NCBI GenBank assembly: GCA_020137815.1
Contig: CM035353.1
Coordinates: 1,302,001-1,366,000, forward strand
Direction of reading: 5' to 3'
Length of the DNA: 64,000 nt
From: Hormiphora californensis
Lineage: Eukaryota; Animalia; Ctenophora
Below are positions 44,601 through 57,347 of this stretch, in pieces. The position numbers and the translations under genes were made by a program. Under the pieces are notes generated by a model, which did no database searches, was not told the origin of the DNA, and saw nothing but the letters and a program-made list of their open reading frames with translations. Positions within the stretch are counted from its first letter, which is position 1. Each line of letters opens with the position of its first letter.

Positions 44601-45165
44601 CTAGGGGGGGCATTTTTTTGCCGCACACGGTATATATGCGGGGGGTCAAATTACACCTCTCGCGGGGAATTTCATTTCCCTCAACCACCCATGCTGTGTT
44701 TACTAGGTGTGTCTTGGACTCAGATCATCCATAATCCCTCTCTATAATCCCTCTCTATATAATATCTCAATCACTCTATTTCTGCTTCTCTATTCCATCT
44801 CTTTCTCTCCGGCCGTCTCATCGTCTCAGTATTAGAACATCTGTTGAGAGCTCTGTGTTTATAGTTAGTCATTCGCCACCCCCCCCCCCTTTTTACAATA
44901 CTCATCATTTTACCACACTATATTGCGCCACACACTTTATACCGCCCATTTTACCACACTATATTGCGTCACACTTTATGCCGCCCATTTTACCACACTA
45001 TATTGCGCCACACACTTTATACCGCCCATTTTACCACACTATAATATTGCACAGCGGTCGTGCAAGTCTAGGAAAGGTCTAGCGGGTCACTTTCGAACAA
45101 TGGGCCAGTACGGTGCTGCTCCTGACCACAACACCACCCCCGATGGGGATCAGACCCTGGAGAAG
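38622..45165 (+). CDS. Three shared internal RhoGEF exons: 38622-38734, 43319-43376, 45055-45165
   Basis: Polypyrimidine-AG acceptors and GT donors with phases 0-2, 2-0 and 0-0 give the continuous peptide ARSLHDEMSE...QIVR/RTISDRDSEY...ISK/RSCKSRKG...TLEK, which is in phase with exon 59316. Confidence 0.7.
38859..38896 (-). ncRNA. Mirror copy of the hammerhead-like motif
   Basis: Reverse complement of 43034-43071. Confidence 0.7.
38978..40912 (-). pseudogene. Inverted copy of the Penelope ORF
   Basis: Same protein with a TTA>TAA nonsense change near 40517 and C>Y in the CxxC motif. Confidence 0.9.
41030..42964 (+). CDS. Penelope RT plus GIY-YIG endonuclease (5'-truncated; frame stays open back into the spacer)
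   Basis: PTDKTG, YPLAKDHK, SLDIESMYP, GIGTG, YVDD, FLDI, KATHSGRYLHYDSH; GIY-YIG VVYRTTCMECDKGYIGATSRPLKDRLGEH. Confidence 0.93.
   Translation: MDDDTEKNITFLRDKLQPIIKYSPNSPTWKWKKNHRKEELNSYKETVKRPEITILPTDKTGKICVMDSDVVDSKMTEHLSNGWERLSTKGDPSAKYEKEANTLLHSCLKDAGIVDSHVMKRLTARHSKAPPLYPLAKDHKGSFPDCKVRVVQPIHGSAIEILDLITSKVLTQVLPHLKHRVKSGDEFISKCLTRNTVNGQPYQASLDIESMYPTLPTCDKALTIINRYLRRYDIDLLGFSPHHITTMIRFVMDHIYAEAAGGYYRQLTGIGTGYHCSGAYAEILVDNMYEKALSLTPALERPLTLALYVDDSHSMWRKKEHCDQFVSNLNNIWPSVRFTREEPSPGKQTGSTELSFLDILVRTVVLPTSTYYGLEWELFQKATHSGRYLHYDSHCEQTIKLNIVRTESRRVLNRCSTRELAYPHLERLRINLADSGYPWTTISNIIATELNKIPTPRPSNHSKEADFLLKVPYTNEAALRKIRNVVKKCSLPIRITTTSGSKVESLVKRDLIKNSARECDCVIHQHEVPCDWPHVVYRTTCMECDKGYIGATSRPLKDRLGEHEASVRLGTNTSALGEHCLNTHPELATGITGRRDWTSFFGLFKVDIIRKSRDTLGTFLAESQEITRGKPELNRKEELNGFIH
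43034..43071 (+). ncRNA. Minimal type-I hammerhead-ribozyme-like motif (variant core) in the Penelope 3' region
   Basis: TTC-TTGATAAA-GGAT(attaa)ATCC-GAAA-CGTT-GAA: variant CUGAUGA core, stem II, GAAA and palindromic stem III, as known for Penelope minimal hammerheads. Confidence 0.7.
43382..43409. mobile_element. hAT MITE fragment next to a splice donor
   Basis: CAACCAATCAGAACTCGTTATTTAG core match. Confidence 0.6.
43757..44630. mobile_element. Tc1/mariner-derived MITE with ~330-bp TIRs
   Basis: TA|CCGTGTGCGGC...GCCGCACACGG|TA; arms 43757-~44087 and ~44302-44630; shares its terminal ~130 bp with 53978-56135. Confidence 0.9.
44906..45042. repeat. ~40-bp tandem repeat abutting acceptor 45054
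   Basis: CATTTTACCACACTATATTGCGCCACACACTTTATACCGCC units. Confidence 0.85.
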
Positions 45166-48100
45166 GTAGTGATCTGTGTCCTCGCAGGCTGATATAGACA
45201 TGTCACACATAGCATATCAGTATAGCTGATCGAGCAGCGGTATTCGTATTATATTTGTTGTCTATATATATGTAGCTTTTTTGTTGCAACAAACAAATGT
45301 ATTTGTTTCACGACATTACTAAATTTGTTGAACTTTTTATATTTCAAAGCTCTTACCTTTTAGCTATCTCTGATCTATTTTCGCGTCATGTAGGCTGAAG
45401 GCTCACTATTCACTAAGTAGGCTCACTAAGCTTCTTCGTGTACCTTTTAAAACTTGCATTTATATTGAGCTGTGTCAGAGAAATTTAGCTGTCAATGTCA
45501 AATGTTACTATCTTCTTGTTCATTCTCAATTCTGAGATCTTTTAATCTGAGATCTATTAATCTGAGATCTATAATCTTTAATCGAATATAACGCAGTTAT
45601 CGTTTTCTTTGAGACTTATTAGTAACTAACTAAAGTATTATTACATTTATCTGTTATACTACTAAATAGTTTATACAACCCATAAATATACTAACGACAG
45701 GGCGCCCCCCTTAGTTTATTTGGGTCCAGGAACCCCCAAAAAAACCGTAAAACCCCAAAAAAAATTTTAATCAGGACTTTTATAGTCGGGGGACGTACCC
45801 CTTTTCGGCGTTCCTGATGGCTTAGGGTAAAATTGGGGAACTTTAAAAAGGGAACTTAAAATGGATTTAATGAGATTGAATTTGGTTCCCCTTTCCCTCT
45901 TACCCTTTTTTATTTTCCTTTTTTTAAAAACGGGTGCTTTTAAAATTTTGAAATATATATGATCAGTTTTTCCTTTTCCTCTTTTTCCCCTTTTTCTTCT
46001 CTCTCTCTCCCCCAGACTTTGGAGTTTTTTGGCCCTTCTTTTTGTCTTGACTAAACTCCCTTAAAGTCCTCACCAGGACCTCTAAAATTTGGGGGGGTTC
46101 ACAAATTTTTCCTTTTTGTTTAAAACCGGGGGTTACTCTTCCCCCTTTCTTTCCTTTTCTCTTTTCCTTTTCTTGTTTTTTATTCCCTTCCTTTTTTTTC
46201 CCTTTCTCTTTCTTGGCCCCCCCCTTCACCCTCTTTCTGTCCCCTTTTTTTTCCCCCCCCCCCCTTTCCCCTTTTTCTCCCCTCGTTCTCCTTTTTTCCC
46301 GGGGGCCCCCTCTTTCTAAAAATTTTCCCCAAACCCCAAACCGTTTCCCTACATTTTTTAAATTTTGTCAATTAGGCCTTTTAAAAATCGCCCCAAGGGG
46401 GGGTAACAAAAGATAGAGAACTATCTTTCCTCCCCCTTTCCCTCAATCTCTCTTTTCCTCTACCCTCTGTGACAAACTAGAATGATAATTATATTGATTT
46501 TGAGATGCAGGCAATTTGTTTTTAAAATTACTTTCCAACAAATTAAAAAATATGTTCCCCCCCCACGCCCAAAACCCTAGTAATTCAGTGAACCCAGGTA
46601 ATTGCCCAATTTTTTGGAGTGATACTGAATTTCAGATATTCAGATATTTTGAATTTTGGGGGGGGAGCTGGGAAAGAATTTATCTTACATGGTCTGATCT
46701 GTTTGTGTGTTGTGGTGGGGGTGGTGTGTGATGGGGGGGGGGGGGGGGGGGGGGGGGTAAGTAGCATTCATTTATATTCTATTCTAAGTGAGGAGGAGAA
46801 AGGGGGGAAGAAAAACCAAAACGGTTTCCCCCATTAAAATACAAAGGGGTCCTACCCCAAAAAAAAACCCCCTTTTACTGAAAATGACCGATTTGTTTTT
46901 TAAACAAACACTGCGGAGGATGTTGCAAATTTTAAAATTTCACCCAAAATTGGGGGGTGGGGGGTGTTTTCCGGTTTTGGGCCCTTTAGTTTTCAAACAG
47001 AAGCTTCTGGGATTTATTGGGTAGTTTTCTATAGTAGAAGCTTACTTTGTAGAATTTTCTTCCCTTTTTATAAAACTTTTCGCACCATTATTATAGCTTG
47101 CGCGTTCAGTTTCAATTTTAGTTTTCTTTTACTTTTTTTTTTGCTTTTTGGGGATCCAATTGTTTCTGTTAAATGCAAGTAATTGGGGTTTGTTTAATGG
47201 ATAAAAAAAAAAACCCAAAAAAAAGGGGGAAAAAAACAAATGGGGAAAAAAAAAAAGGGCGGGGGCCCCAAAAGGAAAGCCCCATGGGAGAGCGGGGAGA
47301 GAGAGAGAGAGGAGGGGACCCTAGGGAAAAAGAGCCTCGTTTTTCCGCCAACCTTTTCCCCCCTTTGCTTTTCCCTTGAAAACCCCAAAAAAGACCTGTC
47401 AGTAAAAAAAAGTGGCAAAAATTAGAGGGGGCCCCCATTTCAATACTTCCCCCGGTGATCTGGAAGGGAATAATTTCAAAAATTTTTGGGGGGGACCTTG
47501 CCCCCCCTCCCCATTTTTTATATGATTTCCCCGGGAAAGGGCCCTTTTATATAGGGGTCCTATTGCATTACCCGTCAACCGTTTAGTTCAAAAAATGTTT
47601 TTACTTCATATTTTTTTTTGTGGCTAATCGCATCAATTCCAATTTTTATTTTTGGAATGCCCGTTTTAAGCTCATTGGGGCATTTTTTCTTTCGATTCTC
47701 TCTCTTTCTCTCTTTTTTTCCAACTCTTCTCCCTCCTCTCTCTCTCTTCCCTCTTCTTTTCCCCTTTCTCCTCCTCTCGTCTCTTTTCCCTTTCCCCTTT
47801 TTATCTCTCTTTCTCCTTCCCCTATTGATTTGTCGGGGATTTGTCACACCCCAATATTGTTGTCGGATTCCAAGCTCTACCTTTATTTCTCCACCCCTCT
47901 TAGAAAACCCGGTTTTTGACACAGCGAACACAGACAAAAAAACAACACACCCCAGACACAAAATAAAGGGGCTTCCAAACTTCCAAGGGCCGTCTTCCCC
48001 ACAAATTTTATCAATGGGTTGCGTGGCTAGACTGTGTTTCGGGCGCCCCAAAATCCAAATGTAAAAGGGGGGGTTAGTAGAAAAATAAAAAAAAGTTGGA

Positions 48101-48599
48101 TATTATCGGGGGGTCCCCCCCCCCCCCACGGGATTTGGGACCCATCCATTTTTGGGTACTATTTGAACCATGCCAGCACCACCAGAAGAGAGGGGCGCGA
48201 CGTGCCCAGCAGACCCGCTCCCGGAGGGGGAACACCCCCAAGAAGGGCAGAGGTTTTTAAAATTCCCCGAAACACCGGTTTTTGACCCGATAAAAAAAAA
48301 CCCAAAACAGGCCCCCTTCCCCTGAAAACTCGGTTTAAATACCAGATTTTCACTCGGGAAAAAAGGCCCCTTCCCTGAAAAAAACTCGGTTTTTTTAGCA
48401 CCCCGTATCCCCTCGGGAAAAAGGCCCAATTCCCGTTTATCAAGGGGGAAGGGCAAAAAAAAAGAAGGAAACAGCACTTTAGGTTTAAAATTTGGGGCAG
48501 ATCAGAAAAGGGAAAGGGGCTGACTGAGAGTGAGTGGGTTTTTTGGAAAAACCCCTTTTTTCCCCAAAATTTTTTGTAAAAGTACAATAAAACAGCCAT

Positions 48600-48929
48600 C
48601 CAGCTTCATTTCTAATCGTGGCGATACCCCCGCTACGGATGTGGATTTCTATCCGGTACCACCAAATTTAGAGCACGTGACAGACTATTTGGGACATGGC
48701 ATGGTAACAACTGGTTTAGGAGTTGATCCGAGGTTTGGCTCCACCAATCAAGAATCAATCAGTATAAACAAGGGGAAATGTGCTCAGATCAGATCTAGTC
48801 GGTCGGGTGACATTACAACTTAGATCACATAACCTGGTGACAACTAGATCACATGACCAGATCACTTTACCTCCTGACAATTATTGTTATTATAACCGAC
48901 TGTCCTCTGGGCTACCATCTACATACCAG
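48600..48929 (+). CDS. 3' part of another probable alternative N-terminal exon (5' part lost in garbled sequence)
   Basis: ORFs 48530 and 48780 join if one extra T near 48820 is removed (ITTRSHNLVTTRSHDQ repeat); phase-0 donor CAG|GTGGGC. Confidence 0.4.
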
Positions 48930-49741
48930 GTGGGCCGCTCAGATGTGTTTTTGTTGCTCGCATGCACGTGACAGTATAATTATTCATGTTAGTGTAATCA
49001 CATTTATCAGATCTGAGTGCACTTGCAGCACTTTCAAAGCACTCAGACCATGTTTCCTCCTGTGTGTGTAGAATATCCGTGTGTTGTGTGTCTAAATCAT
49101 GAACCATTTTGTGATCTTCCCAGCTTATTCAGTTGTCTCTTACTCGGTAAGAAGAAGAAGGGAGTATACTCCCTTCTTCTTCTTATTCTCCTTATTCTTC
49201 TCCTTATATTCAGTTGTCTCTTGTTCTTCTTCTTCTTCTTATTCTTTTCCTGCCGATGCGAGTTCCGAGAACTCAAGGTTGCTATATAGCTGAGGCGAAA
49301 ATAGTCAATCAATCAGTGGGGTCCAGCCACCACACCTTTTTATTGTATGCGAAAGCGATATTGCATTGGGCCTTCGCGGGAGAGCATCTTTATATACATG
49401 AGCTACTAGGAATTCTACTTGAATTCCTGGTAGCCGTTAGTAGAGTCTAAAGTGCTAAAAGTGCTCTAGATTTTCTAGTACGATGTCCCTTCTTATTTTG
49501 TCTCCCTCCTGTAGCAGCAGCCTGCTATAATTATAGCTCACCATGAATTCTAGGTTCATTTATTTACAAAGGGTTGCGAAATACTAGCGTCATATTAATA
49601 TTACAGCATTCTGAGTTATTAGTAGCATAAATACATGTACGTGACCGCCATGCTTTGCCTTTTCCCACAATCCATTTTCGTCGATGGTCTGCCGCGAGAG
49701 AGGTTTCAAAAGGTTCTTTAGGCATTCCATTTTAACATGTA

Positions 49742-50346
49742 CAGTCGGACCCCGATTTAACGGCACCCTCGGGGGAAAGGGTTTTGTCCGTTAAATCGGG
49801 GTGTCCGTTAAATCGGGGTAGAGCATATTTGGCCCATAAAACCTTATTTTTTGTCCAAAATGCTATACTTAAACACCTCTAAGTGTTAAATGCAATGTCC
49901 AGGTGTTGATTACATGATCATTTCTGATTAGAAAAAGAAAATAATTTTTTTTAAATTCAAAAAAAATATGACAAATTTTCTAAGGTACCACGTCCGAATC
50001 GTGTTTCGAATCGGTGCATCTTATCGCATGTCCTGCTGCTAATTAGACGGTTCGAAACGAACCGATACGTGATCCCCATCGAATCGCAATTTTGACGCTT
50101 GGTAAACTTGCGATTCGATGGCCCCATAGGGATCACACATCTGTTCGTTTCGAACCATCTAATTACCGGCAAGACTTGCAATAACATGCACCGATTCGAA
50201 GCACGATTCGGACGTGGTTGATACACCTTTGAAAAATTTTCAAAAACATTTCAAAAAAAATTCAAAAAAAAATTTCGGGGGAAATTTATCCTGCCGTTAA
50301 ATCGGGGTGCCGCTAAATCGGGGGCCGTTAAATCGGGGTCCGACTG
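49742..50346. mobile_element. pogo/Tigger-like MITE
   Basis: TA|CAGTCGGACCCCGATTTAACGGC...GCCGTTAAATCGGGGTCCGACTG|TA; subterminal CCGTTAAATCGGGG repeats; internal palindrome. Confidence 0.88.
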
Positions 50347-51409
50347 TAATACTATTAATATGCCACCCTGGCATAAAGGTGAATTTATGACCTCCATTAT
50401 AATGTACATATGCAGCTCACACCGGCCGTATAATAGTTGTTGCGTCTCTCTCTCTCTTACTCAACAAACCGGTATTATAGGGGCATCTCACGGCTATATC
50501 ACGCGATCTTAAAGTTTCTCAGCAATATAAGTTTTATTAGAAAGATTAATAATTAATGGATTATAGGCCGTCCATTAAGCTGCAGTTCTCAGGCTTTATC
50601 ATTTCTTTCAATAATAAGCGTTCGACGTTGTCCTTCTTTCTGTATATTGCCCACTTAATTGTATTAATTCTGCCGGACTTGCCTCCTTTAATTGGGCAGT
50701 TAATTGAAGAACCAATTGTGGTGCAGTTTTTTGGAAGTCTAAAGAACACGTTTCTCTCTCTCGTTGTTTCGAGAGAGAATTAGCTTTCTCTCTTTCTCTC
50801 TTTCATAACCACTAAAGTAGCGGTAACCCAGCGCGGTTCTTCTGTGCAGCTCCCTATTTTACTCATGGCCTCTAATAGAGCTTCTATATATTTCCATGTG
50901 CAACCATGCATGAAGAGCACATGAATTATGAATCTGCGAGTGGAAATTAGTTGTGAACTGCACATGGTCTGTGGTAATATCTAGTATGGATCAGGGAGAG
51001 TATATTATAGTCCTCTGCTCAACCATATTTGCATCGGCTGTGTACCACCATATGTACCACCACATGTACAACCAAGTACATGTACCCCATATCATCCTAC
51101 TCCTCGTAAATAGCACTATTGTATTACCTACATGGTTTTATTGCGCAAAATATTTTATTAAAATATATAAAATATATTGGCCTGCAATATTATACAATAG
51201 GGGACCTGTGGGCCGCTTCTATTGTGAAGCTCCCAGCGTCCTCCCACTCCACACTTTTATTATGCACACTACCGAGTTTGGCCTGATTGTGTAGCGATAT
51301 ATTACTGTGGGAGCCCCGGTGAGCGCTATAATAACAACAACCCAGCACATATATTAAATCTTGATCTCCACAACTGAGTATGTTGCTTCTGGATTGGTGC
51401 CACTAGTTC

Positions 51410-51496
51410 AACAACCAATCAGAACTCGTTATTTAGGTCACGTGACTGGTTATCAGCCAATCAGGGACCAGTATTTCCTGATTCGGTCGGTTCTTA
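51410..51496. mobile_element. Truncated hAT MITE copy
   Basis: Core match; flanked by the 13-bp duplication GTGCCACTAGTTC. Confidence 0.85.
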
Positions 51497-52431
51497 GTGC
51501 CACTAGTTCTGAACAAATACGTAATCTTTTTTAGTTCCTAGTTTCTTCTCCCCCTCTCTCCGTATCTTAATTCATCACCCCTGAGTGACGTATTCTGTCG
51601 CCAGATTTAGCTCATGTAGTAGCCGGTGTGACCATTCTAAATTCGTTTTCTTTATCACTCTTTTCATATATATAATTATATTTTGCACTTCCGTCATTCC
51701 TTCTCAATGACAAAGTGGGTATACTACTCTGTATAAATACTGGTATACTATACCTCTCCCTAGTATTTATACAGAGTTTCTTTGCCCTCATCTAGACAGC
51801 CATTACATGTTTAATACAACTGCAAGCTTTCCAGTTTCTCAACTATATTGTGTATTTTACTTGCTATGTATAACCAGTGGTTAATTTATTAACCACTTGC
51901 TGTAACCAGTGGTGGGTGGCTGGGTGGTTATTAACCACCCACCCAGCCACCCAGATCAGAACACGTGACAATTGTAGAGATGAGAGAGAGAGAATGAGAT
52001 GCAGTGCATGTACGATGATTGTACGACAAATTCAAGTCTTCTCCGCTGGTACTAGTTCTGTACTAATTTATTGCCTTTCTACCGGGCCTCTCTCTCTTCA
52101 CATCTTTTTGATATACTGCACAGCTAGAAACACACACTTCAACGTATTCCATGATTGTTTCCAAAATTAATCAAAAGAAGAACGTTTTTGCGAATACTTT
52201 CTCCACGGGTGGTGTATGTGGTATGAATTGCATGTATGTCGTCACGGGTGGTATGTGTTATGAGTTGCATGTATGTGGGCGATATATGGTGCAGGGAGAA
52301 TCGGGCAAGTTCATGATTGTAACAATACAATCACACATGGCTGTGATTCTCACTGGTTATACTTCAGGTTTAGTTCCTTTGTTTGTCTTGTGTTCAACCA
52401 CGCGACCCACAATATCATCGTGTTTCCGTGT

Positions 52432-52555
<124 letters not shown>

Positions 52556-54049
52556 GTTCAGTTATGGTATCTCAGACAACGTATACTGGTCTCGCCTATT
52601 TTCTCTTCATCATGTCACCCTCTCGCATCGTGTGACTCGATTCTCTCTGACTCTATCATTCTCTATCGGTATTATTCTCTATCATTCTCTCCTTCTCGAA
52701 TAAGTGTGACAGGCTGCTGCAAGTCACCGCGACGATGACAGGTCGTTTCAGCCTCAACTGCAGTAGATCTTCCTTTTTTCACTCCCTATCTTATTCAAAA
52801 ACCATGTATCTCTCTTTCCATCTCTCACACCACGTCTGTCACTTCCTGTCTTTTTTTGCGGTCTGTGAACTGGCCGCCGCTGTGATAAATACTTGTTGCA
52901 TGGTACATACAGTGTATGAGATCAAAGCTCTATTCCTTGTGTGTATGTCATACACACAAGGAATATAGAGCTTTGATCTCATTTTCTTTCTTCTTGTCGT
53001 GTTTGTTAAACTTTAGGAACTGAAACTGCAGTACAGAGTTTCTCTTTGTTTCTTGTTCACACTATATGATACTGCTTGTTTTGGCATCTATATAGCATAC
53101 CGCGGTATATGTTACAAAAGGTAGCGGATCATATAGCAGATCATATATATAGCTTGGACAATGGTATAATGGCACCCACTGCAGCAGTAGTTTCAAAGGG
53201 GGGTTGAGGGGTAACATACTGCAGGTTCACTAAAAGCCTAGCTCGTATAATATAATATAATAGACCTTTTGAGTGTCGAGTTAAATAGTCGAATGTGCAT
53301 ATGTTGTGTTATAGCATATTTAAAGTTTATACCTCACTTATAGTAACTAGCCCATATGTAACATTATGTAATTCTAGCTGTTTCGAGGTTCCAAAGGATT
53401 ACGCGCTACTTAAATATCACACACACGAGAGAGACGGGATGTGTTTGTTCAGTTGGGCCTATCATTATATCTTTCTCTGATATCTTTACCCCGTCTGACC
53501 CCGAATGAACTCAAAAGCTAGACCACATTGTTGTTCTTTCGTGGGTGTTTCAATTACGTCACGAGCCGTCAAACGCGTGATGGTTATAAGGAGAAGCTTC
53601 GTAAACAGCTTTAGTGAACACAATTGGGCAGTGAAACGAAGCGATCATGTTTCATATAGAGAGATAGAACTGCAGAGCTTTGATAAGAACTTGAGAAGAT
53701 AGGTGCTGTGTGTGTTCACGTTTGTGTTGCAATGACAGTCTGTTAGGAGGAGAGGGTAACTTGTATCTAACTGCTTGATCTCCCCTCCATCTTCTTGTAT
53801 TTATCCCTATGTTTCAGGTCTACAATCAGGTTCTAAATCATTTAGTCGCTTCTTTTATATAGTAGGTCTAGATATGTATAGGTAGTATATATTATCTCAT
53901 ACACCCTGCCCGCTGTTTAGAATCAACAAACCCTTGCTTATATATTCGGGGAGGGGGGGGGGCAATATAGAGTACTACCGTGTGCGGCAAAAAAAAGGCC
54001 CCCCCTAGACCACCATAGTTGCCGATGTGGTGGAGAGCTTTAACTTGGC

Positions 54050-54615
54050 TTGGTTACGAAGTCACCCCTATTATTGCATATAGGGGTGACAATACCGCCT
54101 ACCTAAAAATGAAAATTTACAGGACCTTCTCATGAAAAGTTATCGAAAACTTGTCTAAAACCTATCTAAAACGTATGGTACTAGTTTGTATAGTAACCAG
54201 GACCTGAATTCTACAGAAAGTAACGACCGGTAGCGATTCCACCACATGAGGTGTGTCGCATAACTCCTTATATGGGCATAAAATTCCAATCTTGTGGAAT
54301 TTATTCTGACTCGACTATAGCTTAGTTATCAATGAATCCACCTCTAATACCTTTGGAATGGCATTTTGCACATTTCTGAAGCTTTTTGTAGCAAAATTCC
54401 AGCATCTTCATAGTTTTCCAAAAACAAAAACAGTGTTAATGGCCAAAATATCGAAAAATTCCGGTATGTAATGGTAGCTCAGACAATTTCCTCGGTATGT
54501 TCAAAAAATTAGAACTTTCTGTTTTGTAGTTTGGACACAGGAATTTTTTTCCCGCCGTACAAGCGATATTATTACCCCTCCGTGAGCTAGCGCAGAGGGG
54601 GAATTTCATTACCAA
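54050..54615. mobile_element. 566-bp TTGG...CCAA element with 9-bp TSD and subterminal hairpins (A)
   Basis: TSD TAACTTGGC at 54041-54049 and 54616-54624; the empty site is visible in the opposite arm and in the 43757 MITE. Confidence 0.85.
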
Positions 54616-55216
54616 TAACTTGGCAGGGTTGCTCCACTATGTCTATCTTGATCCTGACAGAAAAATCAGAGCTCTAGCTCAAAATTCATTTTCATGAACG
54701 GAATGAACTTCTCCGTTCCTTCGATATGAGACCCCCTCATCATTCAGAATTTTTTGCCCGTCTTTGGCTAACGATTATCTTTGTAATGAGACCAATTTGA
54801 GCATAATCTGATTACCAGGAGAGACACAGTGGAGGGTTTTCCGACCGTCACTCCTGACATGTGATCCAGGCCCGGTCACGTGGTGAAAAGTGGGTTTGGG
54901 GTGCTGTTAACATGTCTCAATAACGGATTATTGCTCTCATATCCCTTGAATATCCCTCCACAATGCTCTCAAGTCACTTTGTGATGCTGATTGATTGGGT
55001 TCATGTCACCAGTTCTTGTCAAAGTTCTCAAGCGGCCCGTGATACGAGATCATTTCATCAAGGAGGGGCCATCTTGTGTCACTAATCAGCCTATCATCTC
55101 ACATTACACTAGCCAAGGGATCTGGGGTATTTAAATCTTCAAATGTTCATCAAAATCATTCCCAATCGTTACTTGCAATGCATTTTACACCCGAACAGAG
55201 GAACTTCATCTGGCTC

Positions 55217-55509
55217 GCCAGTCTAATCGCTCTCCTGCGGGTGGACTGGATTGGTGTTGTCTGTGTGTCTCTCAGTACTGCTGTTGTGGAAGCAGGACCT
55301 GTAGCAGACTTCCTCCTTCCGGATCGTCCAGGATTGTTGTTTTTGGAGTGGCCCTCGTCTGAAACTGTCCGATGGATCTTTCTGCAGGACTTCTTGGATG
55401 GGGCATGGCGGCCAAACTTGATAAAGAACTCCTGTTCGATGGTGGGGTAGAGGGTGTTGGTTTCCTTCTTGAGCCAGATGAAGTTCCTCTGTTCGGGTGT
55501 AAAATGCAT
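55217..55509 (-). pseudogene. N-terminal HTH DNA-binding fragment of a mariner-like transposase (DUF4817-type)
   Basis: MHFTPEQRNFIW...QEFFIKFGRHAPSKKSCRKIH...GRSGRRKSA...PIQSTRRRA; no DDD/E domain. Confidence 0.7.
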
Positions 55510-56259
55510 TGCAAGTAACGATTGGGAATGATTTTGATGAACATTTGAAGATTTAAATACCCCAGATCCCTTGGCTAGTGTAATGTGAGATGATAGGCTG
55601 ATTAGTGACACAAGATGGCCCCTCCTTGATGAAATGATCTCGTATCACGGGCCGCTTGAGAACTTTGACAAGAACTGGTGACATGAACCCAATCAATCAG
55701 CATCACAAAGTGACTTGAGAGCATTGTGGAGGGATATTCAAGGGATATGAGAGCAATAATCCGTTATTGAGACATGTTAACAGCACCCCAAACCCACTTT
55801 TCACCACGTGACCGGGCCTGGATCACATGTCAGGAGTGACGGTCGGAAAACCCTCCACTGTGTCTCTCCTGGTAATCAGATTATGCTCAAATTGGTCTCA
55901 TTACAAAGATAATCGTTAGCCAAAGACGGGCAAAAAATTCTGAATGATGAGGGGGTCTCATATCGAAGGAACGGAGAAGTTCATTCCGTTCATGAAAATG
56001 AATTTTGAGCTAGAGCTCTGATTTTTCTGTCAGGATCAAGATAGACATAGTGGAGCAACCCTGCCAAGTTACAGCTCTCCACCACATCGGCAACTATGGT
56101 GGTCTAGGGGGGGGCCTTTTTTTTGCCGCACACGGTATAATAGCTGCTGCTATCGAGTATATAATTCTTGAGTTGCTATAATACCTTTCTCGAATCTAAA
56201 GAACACAGGGGGCACACTCCACTTAGCCTAATGGCGGCCGGTGAAAAGACCACCCGTGA

Positions 56260-56392
<133 letters not shown>

Positions 56393-56410
56393 AGAGGGAG
56401 AGAGAGAGAT

Positions 56411-56449
<39 letters not shown>

Positions 56450-57347
56450 GAGAGAGAGAGAGAGTGAGGGGTGGGACCGTGGAAAGGACATCTCTCAATC
56501 CCCAGCCGCCATTATATGCATGTCACTGAGTGTACTGATCATATTGTATACATTCAGCTGCTGTTCGCTGAAGTTGCTCTGAAGTCTGAACAGTCCAGAG
56601 CAGCTTTACTAATCTAATTAAGTCCTAAACTGAACTGAAAGTGGTAGTACAGTATCGTGACCACTGACCAAGCTGTTAGGTGGTTAAATGAATTCTTAGT
56701 TAAAATACTGCTGGGATACAGGTGCCCTCTTTCCCCTATATCTCTCTCGGCCGAATGTAATTAAAGGTTGCTTTAGCTATATCCATCAGTTTTGTGCCCT
56801 CATTTTCACATAAATCTATCATAGTATAAAATATCCGGCCCGAATATAATATCCTTTATATACGCCATAGTTCCTAATTTAATACAATAATATGCCCATA
56901 ATTATGCAAAATAACCGTGCTCGTTTTGTCCCTGCATAGAAGTAGGTCGAGTTCTAAATTATAAAGATTTTACGATGCATCGTTGACATTTATTGTAAAT
57001 TTCAAAATATTCAATATTTCTTGGAACTGTCATCCTCCTATATAATTAGTTATGTTCTAACCCTCCTTTTACATTTGCGGGGCTCGCAAAAGGCAGTCTA
57101 GCTTGACAACCTAAAATGTTCGATTTAAAATGTTGCAGGACCCAGAACTAACAAATAACATCATCATATCTAGTTAAAATGCCAAACTTAGTACAGTTCT
57201 TATAAATGGGTCTATATCTTATAACCCCCCCCCCCCCAGTACTTTGCTTTATCTTATTTCTATTGCTTGTCCGGCTATATATAGATCTTAGCAACTACTA
57301 TACACCAGCTAGATATATTAATCCACTCCATCTAGCAACTACTATAC

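Larger units (their letters stand above)
53978..56135 (-). mobile_element. Fold-back derivative of a Tc1/mariner element (two 5' ends inverted around a transposase fragment)
   Basis: TA TSD; arms 53978-55216 (interrupted by 54050-54615) and 55471-56135; 254-bp spacer continues the transposase frame on the - strand. Confidence 0.88.

Noticed and set aside
45700-48590. Dense cluster of ORFs on both strands
   Set aside because: Same garbled-read signature; no domain motifs.
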